48,312 nucleotides of DNA, from assembly GCF_001194135.2 (NCBI RefSeq), contig NC_068987.1, positions 66,441,346 through 66,489,657 on the forward strand, written 5' to 3'. This stretch comes from Octopus bimaculoides (Eukaryota). The notes beneath the pieces were generated by a model. The model was given only the letters and a program-made list of their open reading frames with translations. It had not been told where the DNA came from and searched no databases. The position numbers and the translations under genes are program-made. Position 1 is the first letter of the stretch. The number at the start of each line of letters is the position of its first letter. This document shows, in pieces, positions 25,510 through 35,362 of the stretch.

Positions 25510-25670
25510 CAAATACATATATATACGACGGGCTTCTTTCAGTTTCCGTCTACCAAATCCACTCACAAGGCTTTGGTCGGCCCGAGGCTATAGTAGAAGA
25601 CACTTGCCCAAGGTACCACGGAATCCGGAACCATGTGGTTGGTAAGCAAGCTACTTACCACACAGCCACT
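25427..25670 (-). mobile_element. SINE family A: head, core, ungapped (TA)n(TG)n spacer and the start of the 3' half
   Basis: Minus strand reads AGTGGCTGTGTGGTAAGTAGCTTGCTTACCAACCACATGGTTCCGG...GAAGCCCGTCGTATAT, microsatellite, TTCCCACAACATCGCTTGACAACCGAT. Confidence 0.9.
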
Positions 25671-25918
25671 TGGTTTTAATATGTTGCCACATTTGTAATA
25701 TGTCTTTTTTTCTACATTTTTTCGTGCAGCTGAAGATTGCTCTTCATATTGCATTTAAGGTAATGCTCACATTACTTAAATAAATTGAAGTAGCATGAAA
25801 CGTGCGTACTGCAATCACTTTTGAAATCCGTGTTGCTTATTATTTGATTTTAATCACCCATCCTTTTGGGATGTGATATTCGGGTGCCTTCGCATAAGTA
25901 CCATATTCAAACCTTGAA

Positions 25919-25957
<39 letters not shown>

Positions 25958-26660
25958 GTGGGTGTGTATATGTGTGTATATTGTTGTGTCTCGGGAGAGT
26001 CATTACGCCAATAATAACAATAACACGTATGTGTATTTAGGTATTATACAAACACACAAACGCCCGCACACGCGAGTAATATAGGTAATATCGAGTTTTC
26101 TAACATCAGGTCAGTAATAATAAATCAAATTTAGGACAAAAACTCATCCAATCCATAGCTATCCCGTTTCTTTCGATGTAGAGTTTAGTTACGTCTAGAT
26201 TATCTTATTCGAACATTTTATAAGACAATAGTATTGTATCTGATTGAGATATGGCTGCTATTTCTGTTTGTAGTAGGTTGAACGACGATAAATATTAGAT
26301 TCTATCACTGGTTCGCGCACCACCACCGCATTTTGATCTGTATTACAAACCATAGACATTCATATACAGACGAAACACGCTGTATATGGAGAGAAGGAGC
26401 CAACATTTCACACACGTATACTTTCAAACACATCGAAAATAATATTTACTATTGTAAATGGTTTTCTTTTGCCTCTACGTGTATATCTACCTGCTTCTCA
26501 TTCTCTTTCATTCTCTTCTCATTCTCTTTCATTCTCTTTCATTCTCTCGTTATCTCTTATCTACGTGTGTCTCGTTTGAGCTCTTTCAATCTTTATTATT
26601 GTTGCACTCCTCTTTCTCTATATAGCTGGATGACTAAATATCTATCGACCGATCTCTCTT

Positions 26661-26707
<47 letters not shown>

Positions 26708-26891
26708 ATCTCTCTCTCTCTGTCTTTCTCTCTCTATCAGTCGCACACATACGTACACTCTATCACACACTTTATTACACTCTCACGCTGATTAAGTCAC
26801 ATATTAATGCCTGTCTCGAACATATTTATTAACATATCTCTATTACCAAATATCTATCGACCGATATCTCTCTCCCTCAGTCTCTCTCTTT

Positions 26892-26927
<36 letters not shown>

Positions 26928-28409
26928 TTACCTATATATGTATGTGTACATATTCATATGTAATGTATATATACATATATACACACACACATATATCTTT
27001 ATATATATGTGTGTGTGCATGTGCGTGTGTGTGTGTATTTATATCACCTATGCATCTATATATAGATCGATGGATCGATCGATCTATCCATTTACCTATG
27101 TTCATTTTCCAATAGCTCTCTGCTACGTTTTATCAATTTCGCTTAGTGATATTTTCTCTTTTCCTCAAATCCCATTCTGTCTCTCGTTCTCCCTCTCCTT
27201 TCCTCCCCTCTCTCTCTCACTCTTTCCCGATATTTCTGTGTCTCTTTATATATCCTTCTTTATTATCTCCAATCTATCTATATACTTATATTTTTCCGAT
27301 TATACCTTGTCATCTCTTTTTAATATTTCCGTTGAACACAATGCATGTTNNNNNNNNNNNNNNNNNNNNNNNNNNNNNNNNNNNNNNNNNNNNNNNNNNN
27401 NNNNNNNNNNNNNNNNNNNNNNNNNNNNNNNNNNNNNNNNNNNNNNNNNNNNNNNNNNNNNNNNNNNNNNNNNNNNNNNNNNNNNNNNNNNNNNNNNNNN
27501 NNNNNNNNNNNNNNNNNNNNNNNNNNNNNNNNNNNNNNNNNNNNNNNNNNNNNNNNNNNNNNNNNNNNNNNNNNNNNNNNNNNNNNNNNNNNNNNNNNNN
27601 NNNNNNNNNNNNNNNNNNNNNNNNNNNNNNNNNNNNNNNNNNNNNNNNNNNNNNNNNNNNNNNNNNNNNNNNNNNNNNNNNNNNNNNNNNNNNNNNNNNN
27701 NNNNNNNNNNNNNNNNNNNNNNNNNNNNNNNNNNNNNNNNNNNNNNNNNNNNNNNNNNNNNNNNNNNNNNNNNNNNNNNNNNNNNNNNNNNNNNNNNNNN
27801 NNNNNNNNNNNNNNNNNNNNNNNNNNNNNNNNNNNNNNNNNNNNNNNNNNNNNNNNNNNNNNNNNNNNNNNNNNNNNNNNNNNNNNNNNNNNNNNNNNNN
27901 NNNNNNNNNNNNNNNNNNNNNNNNNNNNNNNNNNNNNNNNNNNNNNNNNNNNNNNNNNNNNNNNNNNNNNNNNNNNNNNNNNNNNNNNNNNNNNNNNNNN
28001 NNNNNNNNNNNNNNNNNNNNNNNNNNNNNNNNNNNNNNNNNNNNNNNNNNNNNNNNNNNNNNNNNNNNNNNNNNNNNNNNNNNNNNNNNNNNNNNNNNNN
28101 NNNNNNNNNNNNNNNNNNNNNNNNNNNNNNNNNNNNNNNNNNNNNNNNNNNNNNNNNNNNNNNNNNNNNNNNNNNNNNNNNNNNNNNNNNNNNNNNNNNN
28201 NNNNNNNNNNNNNNNNNNNNNNNNNNNNNNNNNNNNNNNNNNNNNNNNNNNNNNNNNNNNNNNNNNNNNNNNNNNNNNNNNNNNNNNNNNNNNNNNNNNN
28301 NNNNNNNNNNNNNNNNNNNNNNNNNNNNNNNNNNNNNNACAAAAGACAAAGACAGGTGTATAAACAACAAACACGTGTATTAGTTTAACGCCCGGGAAGG
28401 TGAGAAAGT

Positions 28410-28445
28410 CTTTTACGTTTCGAGACTACACTCTTCAACAGAAAG
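28410..28445 (-). ncRNA. minimal type I hammerhead ribozyme motif, A6U core
   Basis: 5'-CUUU CUGUUGA A GAG uguagu CUC GAAAC GUA AAAG-3': stem I 4 bp, stem II 3 bp, palindromic ACGU stem III, GUA cleavage triplet. Confidence 0.65.
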
Positions 28446-28903
28446 GAACACGAGGAAATAAAAACAGAGAGAGAATAAAAAAAATTAAGAGCTTGCGGTC
28501 AATCACGATGGCTGGCTGGACAAAGGTAGTTAGATAGAACTAGGAAGAAGGGGAGATAATAAAGTATTGGTGATCCCAAAACGAAGGTGCGGGTGCGTGT
28601 GTCTGTGGCAGTGTTTAAGCGTGGAAAGGAGCTGTGACTTTGACGTGTAGATGAGTGCGTGTGAGAGTGTGTGCGAATGTAATGTGAGGGTGTGTGAATG
28701 ATGGTGTGGGTGTGTGGTTGATGGCGTGGATGCTGGGAAGTGGTCAGTGCTAGTGTTCGCATCTTCGTTTAGGATTACCAGTAATTATTATTTCCTCTTC
28801 TTCCTAGTTCTAGCTACCTTTGTCCAACCAGTCGCCATGGTTGACCGCTAAATCAACAATTTTTTTAAAAACTCCGTTTCTGGTTATTTCCTCTGTTTAG
28901 TTC

Positions 28904-28939
28904 CCTTCTGTTGAAGAGCGTAGGCTCGAAACATAAAAT
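28904..28939 (+). ncRNA. degenerate hammerhead ribozyme motif, A6U core
   Basis: 5'-CCUU CUGUUGA A GAGC guag GCUC GAAAC AUA AAAU-3'. Stem II is intact, but stem III (G to A) and stem I are damaged. Confidence 0.5.
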
Positions 28940-30524
28940 ACTTTCTGACCTTCCCAAGNNNNNNNNNNNNNNNNNNNNNNNNNNNNNNNNNNNNNNNNNN
29001 NNNNNNNNNNNNNNNNNNNNNNNNNNNNNNNNNNNNNNNNNNNNNNNNNNNNNNNNNNNNNNNNNNNNNNNNNNNNNNNNNNNNNNNNNNNNNNNNNNNN
29101 NNNNNNNNNNNNNNNNNNNNNNNNNNNNNNNNNNNNNNNNNNNNNNNNNNNNNNNNNNNNNNNNNNNNNNNNNNNNNNNNNNNNNNNNNNNNNNNNNNNN
29201 NNNNNNNNNNNNNNNNNNNNNNNNNNNNNNNNNNNNNNNNNNNNNNNNNNNNNNNNNNNNNNNNNNNNNNNNNNNNNNNNNNNNNNNNNNNNNNNNNNNN
29301 NNNNNNNNNNNNNNNNNNNNNNNNNNNNNNNNNNNNNNNNNNNNNNNNNNNNNNNNNNNNNNNNNNNNNNNNNNNNNNNNNNNNNNNNNNNNNNNNNNNN
29401 NNNNNNNNNNNNNNNNNNNNNNNNNNNNNNNNNNNNNNNNNNNNNNNNNNNNNNNNNNNNNNNNNNNNNNNNNNNNNNNNNNNNNNNNNNNNNNNNNNNN
29501 NNNNNNNNNNNNNNNNNNNNNNNNNNNNNNNNNNNNNNNNNNNNNNNNNNNNNNNNNNNNNNNNNNNNNNNNNNNNNNNNNNNNNNNNNNNNNNNNNNNN
29601 NNNNNNNNNNNNNNNNNNNNNNNNNNNNNNNNNNNNNNNNNNNNNNNNNNNNNNNNNNNNNNNNNNNNNNNNNNNNNNNNNNNNNNNNNNNNNNNNNNNN
29701 NNNNNNNNNNNNNNNNNNNNNNNNNNNNNNNNNNNNNNNNNNNNNNNNNNNNNNNNNNNNNNNNNNNNNNNNNNNNNNNNNNNNNNNNNNNNNNNNNNNN
29801 NNNNNNNNNNNNNNNNNNNNNNNNNNNNNNNNNNNNNNNNNNNNNNNNNNNNNNNNNNNNNNNNNNNNNNNNNNNNNNNNNNNNNNNNNNNNNNNNNNNN
29901 NNNNNNNNNNNNNNNNNNNNNNNNNNNNNNNNNNNNNNNNATTCCTACACATATGTAGGTAATAATGTTTCTTTTTATGTTCACTTTCAATAAAAACAAT
30001 TGTACAATGATTTGAAGTATTACACTATAATATTGTAGAGAATAAATTTATTATACTTATACAAAAACGCTGTTGTCAGAAACTTCGAAGTTTATATAGT
30101 TGGTGAGTTATTTGTTTGAATATATTTCATTTGGTTACACCACGCATCATAATTCTATTCATTGATAAACAGACAAATATTTTTTACAATATTCGTTTGT
30201 ACTCAGCACTTTGCTTATACCTTGGTGTGACTATTGTCATAAAATTAGTAATATATGTAGAGCGTGTTTGCATCTGTTTGAGAGGAAAACATTCAATGGA
30301 AATATATCTCTACGAAAGGTAGAACATGGAAACACAATAAAACATTAATACGACATATAGGAAAGAAAGTCAATCACTATTGTGTGTACACAAAGAAAAC
30401 AGAAGCATATTCTATATATGCAGATGCTTTGCTTTCATGCATCAGGACATTTATCGCATTAAATATGGAGGCCAAATAAGAATTATGAATGCGTACACAT
30501 TTCTTCACGTGAGCCAGTTAAGAT

Positions 30525-31548
30525 AGATGTATGTATGTATGTATGTCATTGTTTAGTTTTATTTCAAGATCTCTTGCCAATACAGAAAGAACCGGTTTCT
30601 AACTAAGATCTAAGGCTCCTTCATTGGAATTTCAACCTCAACAACAGGGTATTTTTGTATGTATTTTTGTATGTTCCACCATTGGATATATAGCACTTGG
30701 CAGAGTAGAATTGTCCAGAATTCAAGTATGTGCCTGATATGAGCTTTTGTACCTGACTTTCCATATTCGCCATCTCAGACCGCAGTTTTGCGAGCTACAT
30801 GATTCACCAACATTGAATACATATGTAGGAGGTTTGGTTACTCTGAGCTGAATACATCACTCGCAAGACGGAAAGTTTACAAGCAGATTAGCGCACTAGT
30901 TAAACGGACATTGATTAGAGTCAGTCCCGCTAAATAATAACTTAACAGTAGAGACGATAAGAAACAGCTTAAAATAGCGATAGATAACAATAGCTCAGGA
31001 GAAAAGTGTTGTACTGGAGCTTAGAATCAGCGATGAGAACTAACATAGCAAGTAGTTACCTAGTGCTAAGAATGGCTCTCAGTCATTTCTACAACGAGAA
31101 GCATCAACAAAATCTTTGTTGACACTGTGTAGATGCCTGGTCTTTGGATATATCGATGGACGTTTATGTCTATATCAAAGGCTTGTTGCAGTTCACAGCA
31201 GATGAGTTACAATATTGCAATTCATCAGTGCCAAATAGTTTCATGTAAATGGTTGGGATAGAGGCAATTTGTTTGACTGCAATAATGTTCCATTCGAAAC
31301 TACCCGTAGTTTCTTATTCACATGAAACCATGAACGCATAATTTTCGCCAAACTGTTCTCGAACAACTCCGCGCTTGATGTCAGTAGTGTTGCCAGCTTA
31401 GCGTAGCTTTGAATGTTGCCTAAAAGACAATCCAACAAAACCACCATCTCATGCGACATATCATATAGAGGTGTAGCAACAAACCTGACATAGGGGTGAA
31501 CTAGGTCTAATTTAAGCGTCTTGACTGTGTAAGGTAAATTAGCTGACA
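30525..31548 (-). mobile_element. probable old non-LTR retroelement 3' portion with (CATA)n tail, interrupted by the Helitron
   Basis: Ends in (CATA)n on the minus strand (about 30527-30546). Only weak coding remnants (WRKLCVHG, SRC-like) are visible, so the family is not established. Confidence 0.3.
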
Positions 31549-32166
31549 TCCGTATATGTATAAAAGCCGAGATGTGTATGTGTGTGTGTGTCCGTGAATA
31601 TAATTTATGCACGTCCACAAATTAGTACGCATGTCGCTCCAAATTTAGGAAGACATTTGTCATGACCCTATCTGCGTTTTCGTCAACTTTTTCTCTTAGA
31701 GACATCCGCGTATAGCTGTAAAATCGATAAACTTTTACCAATTTTGAAGTTTGTTGACATGGCGAAGTCAAATCTGTGCGTACGCGCGTGAAGGAGAGAG
31801 AGAGAGCGAAAGAAAGAAAGAAATAGTGTGTTTGTGACAAGGGGAAATACAGAGTGTTTGCTAGCGTCTAACAAAAACAAAAGTCAACAAAAAGTGAGAA
31901 AGGGAAACAAAAAGCAAAGAAAATTTTTCGAAAGAAATTGATTTTGTTTGCCAACGTCTAACAAAAGAAAAAAAGAACGAAAAAGTGAAAGAGGGAGACA
32001 AAGCGTATTACGAAAGAAAATGGAGGTAAGGAAGTCAGAATAAGTGTAAAATATAAAATGCATTTTTTTTTCTTAAACATGAGATATAGTTTAAAATATA
32101 AGATGTTTTTGAAAGACACTATATTCTATAATAAGATTATATATACATTCTCACACAACAATTAAA

Positions 32167-32238
32167 ATATATTTATTTTAAATCATTTATTTATTTTAAA
32201 TCATTTATTTATTTTAAATCATTTATTTATTTTAAATC
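32167..32238. repeat. 18-bp minisatellite ATTTATTTATTTTAAATC, about 3.8 copies
   Basis: Direct reading. Lies inside the Helitron. Confidence 0.9.
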
Positions 32239-32432
32239 GTTCATCTTTCTCTCCCCTCTCACTCTCACACACACGCACATATACTACTTTGGGGGCGAAA
32301 GAGTTTTGTTTATATTTTACAACTATGAAACAAAAAGGTAGGTAACAATTTGTCAGTCACCCCACCAACCAGGTTTTCGGACCACAAAAAGGGTTTGGTA
32401 ATGTTTCACATTAACACCCGCACGATTTCCAC

Positions 32433-32568
32433 TAGGGTGTTACGGTTAGGGTTTTAGGGTTAGGGTTAAGGTTTTACGGTTACGATTAGGGTTACGGTTA
32501 AGGTTAGTGTTAGGGTTAGTGTTAGGGTTAGGATTAGGGTTGGTGTTAGGGTTAGGGTAAGGGTTAGA
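32433..32568 (+). repeat. degenerate interstitial telomeric (TTAGGG)n array, about 22 units
   Basis: TTAGGG with TTACGG, TTAAGG and TTAGTG variants. Lies inside the Helitron. Confidence 0.9.
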
Positions 32569-33226
32569 GCTAACCTAGAAGGGAGAGGCCCCTTATTTTT
32601 GGTTAATGCTGTTGGTAAGTTTTCCTAAGTTACTCCAATCCAGATCTCCAATCCAAACCTTCAGATCAATCTTCTCCTATGCAGACCTCTAATGCAACAT
32701 TTAAAAAAAAACAGTCAATGAGTGAAAATAACCAATAAACTGATTCCTTATGGGATTTCCCAATCAAATTGCCAGCAAACCATTTTCAGCCAAACCAATT
32801 TCAACGGATTTCGGTCAAATCTGATGTCGATGTTACTTATTTTGGTTTAAAATAAAGCACTTGATCACTTAATAATCCTAGCTAAATTCCGGGCAGCGCC
32901 GGGCTATACTGCTAGTCTGTCAATAAAGCTAAACGTTTTAATGGAAATTCTGCTCAGACGGGGACTAATCTGTTTACTTTTGGGATACACAAATAGATAA
33001 CCTGTTTGTCATAGCGTAGGCTGCTGCTAATGCGAGGTGGTCATTGTCATATTAAAGAAATACAAATTGGAAAAAGGAGTACATATTAACCAGAATTCTT
33101 CTATTGACAAGTAATTCAATCCTGCAGAATCAGCTTCCGACTCTCTGCGTCGTGGGTCGCTTAGTGACATATTTTTCAAGGTTCTTGGGCGATAAGTATA
33201 CATGTGTGCTCTTGTGCTCCTTCGTT

Positions 33227-33262
<36 letters not shown>

Positions 33263-33390
33263 TTTTTCTTTCTTTCTTTCTTTCTTTCTGTCTTTCTTTT
33301 GCCTTTCTTTCTGTCTTTCTGCCTTTCTTTAGTTCTTTTTTTCTATATATGTACGGACACATACACACATACGCATATATATGTATATAA

Positions 33391-33990
33391 GTTACTAAAT
33401 CAAGGAGGGTTGACTCAAAGGGAGATAAATCTGTTGCTTTGAGTGGATGTTTATGAGTCTTTAAAGCCATAACCTCCCATGCTAATGGGTGTTAGTGTAC
33501 CATCAAAAACGTAAGGCCTTCTATTTCATCCGTCTCACAAGCTCTTCAATTTTTCTTCTAGAACAATCCTAAGATATAGACTATTCAGTGATGTAGGTAT
33601 ATTCCATGGTGTGTATCATATTGCGAATGAGTAACTCAAGTATATACATAAGCAGTCCTGTCACATCTTATAGCATTTACAGTGCTAATAGTCAACGTGT
33701 GTAATACGACATCTAATCGTTCCTCTTCTAAGCATATATTTGATAAAGCAGCCGCCTACTTTAATAATGCCTCAGCTAACAGCGGCTTCAAAGATGAGGT
33801 ATCATAGAACCGTTAAATTAGAAATATGAAATCCAATGATAAGACTAGTATAGACAAAAAATTAAATAACCATTTTCCTAGTAAGCCATAAACACAGGTA
33901 TCTTTGGAGTAGACGTTCGGTAAGAATTCGATACAGCTGGTGCTCCAATATGAAGAACATTATCATTCGCAAGTCACATAAACAGCTTAT
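33391..33990 (-). mobile_element. Penelope-like element remnant: pLTR-type C-terminal GIY-YIG tail followed by the ORF N-terminus (Naiad-like)
   Basis: Minus-strand translation gives S*GIIK/AAALSNICLEEERL (compare W.I...A..Y...C.LCL.EK; about 33712-33780), then YTPWNIPTSLNSLYLRIVLEEK/KIEELVRRMK*KALRF (compare YS.KNIP...EK.E..IKRMRWKA.FF; about 33506-33610), then YGF(K)THKHPLKATDLSPFESTLLDLV (compare YGFKS.K.P....L..FE.DL). Consensus motifs are recalled from memory. Confidence 0.65.
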
Positions 33991-34021
33991 TCGTATATAT
34001 AAAAATAAGTAAATAAATAAA

Positions 34022-34054
<33 letters not shown>

Positions 34055-34237
34055 NNNNNNNNNNNNNNNNNNNNNNNNNNNNNNNNNNNNNNNNNNNNNN
34101 NNNNNNNNNNNNNNNNNNNNNNNNNNNNNNNNNNNNNNNNNNNNNNNNNNNNNNNNNNNNNNNNNNNNNNNNNNNNNNNNNNNNNNNNNNNNNNNNNNNN
34201 NNNNNNNNNNNNNNNNNNNNNNNNNNNNNNNNNNNNN

Positions 34238-34430
34238 TGGTGCACCACCGTGAAATATGGGAGAATATACGAAAAAACAACAACAGACGAGGACAGGTGG
34301 TGTAAATAACAAAAGGATGTATTAGTATGACGCTCGGGAATACGGAAAGTCTTTGACGTTTCGAGCTACGCTCTTCAACAGAAAGAATACGTAGACAAGG
34401 AGAAAAACACGGAGAAAACAACAATTCAGA
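34238..34430 (-). mobile_element. second copy of the hammerhead-bearing repeat seen at 28339-28480
   Basis: GACAGGTG..GTAAATAACAAA..ATGTATTAGT..ACGC.CGGGAA..GAAAGTCTTT.ACGTTTCGAG.CTAC.CTCTTCAACAGAAAG is shared with 28351-28445. Confidence 0.8.
34350..34386 (-). ncRNA. best-preserved minimal type I hammerhead ribozyme motif, A6U core
   Basis: 5'-UCUUU CUGUUGA A GAGC gua GCUC GAAAC GUC AAAGA-3': perfect stem I (5 bp), stem II (4 bp), ACGU stem III and canonical GUC site. Confidence 0.72.
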
Positions 34431-34641
34431 GAAAAAAAAAAAATATATATATATGTATGTATGTATATATATATGCGAATGGTTTTGTTATACGGCGCCG
34501 GGTTTTACAATCCTGTAAATAATAATAATAATGGTATTTATATAAGCCTAGAGCTTATAGCGATTACCGTGCCATGACTAAGAAAAATAGTCTAATGATG
34601 GGACCTACAAGCCCTCAACAGAAAAAAAGAAAGCTTTCCTA

Positions 34642-34708
34642 TCCGCTGGGACTCAAGCCTACATCCCTTCGTTAATGCAACTAAGCGTGTTACCATTACA
34701 CTAACGAA
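34642..34708 (-). pseudogene. tRNA-like sequence or SINE head
   Basis: TTCGTTAGTGTAATGGTAACACG...GGCTTGAGTCCCAGCGGA has A-box-like and imperfect B-box motifs. No convincing cloverleaf. Confidence 0.35.
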
Positions 34709-34850
34709 TTAGCCTCCCTAACTCGCCGAGTTTCCCAGCAACGGAGTTTTGGTTCGTGTTTTTTTTTCTTTTCCAGGTTATTTCGCATGCTCTCAACGAA
34801 TGTGACATCGAAATCACGCATAAACGGCTCCTTTCATCAGAAAAGGAAAT

Positions 34851-34961
34851 ATTTGGTTGCTATTTCTTGCACGCCCTACTATCACGTAACAGGTATTTCG
34901 GGTCCTTTATCGCAAATAGTTGTTACGTGGTTGCAGAGCGTGCTAGAAATAGCAGCTAAAT
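34851..34961. repeat. imperfect palindrome of about 110 bp (MITE-like hairpin)
   Basis: ATTTGGTTGCTATTTCTTGCACGCCCT pairs with AGAGCGTGCTAGAAATAGCAGCTAAAT. Inner CACGTAACA pairs with TGTTACGTG. Confidence 0.75.
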
Positions 34962-35098
34962 CTTTGGAGGTGAGATACGTTGAATGCACTCGGAAAAAAA
35001 ACCTGAGGTTGTTACGAGCTGGTCGTTTACGAAATATTTACTGTATTTTTAAAGTCATTTTCACTTTAAAATATTTTTTAAAATATGTCAAAAAAATA

Positions 35099-35300
35099 CA
35101 GTTATATATTTAAGAGATGAGGAATCATATACATTATTTACATTATTTACATTTGACCGTTATTTGTCCTCATCTTGTTTGTTGTTAACACAACATTTCG
35201 GTTGATATACCCTCCATCCTTCATCAGGTGTCTTGGGGGAAATTTCGAACCTGGGTTCTAGTTCCTAAGGTATTTTTCGATGTCATTATTATTATTATTA

Positions 35301-35362
<62 letters not shown>

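Larger units (their letters stand above)
28339..28958. mobile_element. inverted-repeat element (arms about 28391-28591 and 28758-28958, GT-rich spacer), PLE-pLTR-like, with a hammerhead motif in each arm
   Basis: Left GCGGTCAATCACGATGGCTGGCTGGACAAAGGTAG...AGAACTAGGAAGAAG matches the reverse complement of right CTTCTTCCTAGTTCTAGCTACCTTTGTCCAACCAGTCGCCATGGTTGACCGC. Gaps on both sides hide the outer ends. Confidence 0.8.
31549..32915 (+). mobile_element. non-autonomous Helitron (about 1.37 kb)
   Basis: 5' A|TCCGTATATGTATAAAAG followed by a (GT)n tract. 3' GC hairpin TCCGG-GCAGCG-CCGGG (32888-32903) followed by CTAG|T. Inserted between A and T with no TSD. Confidence 0.7.

Noticed and set aside
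32167-32238. CRISPR-like array
   Set aside because: Contiguous repeats without spacers, in eukaryotic context with no cas genes.
32433-32568. True telomere or chromosome-fusion scar
   Set aside because: Short, degenerate, single orientation and enclosed by Helitron termini.
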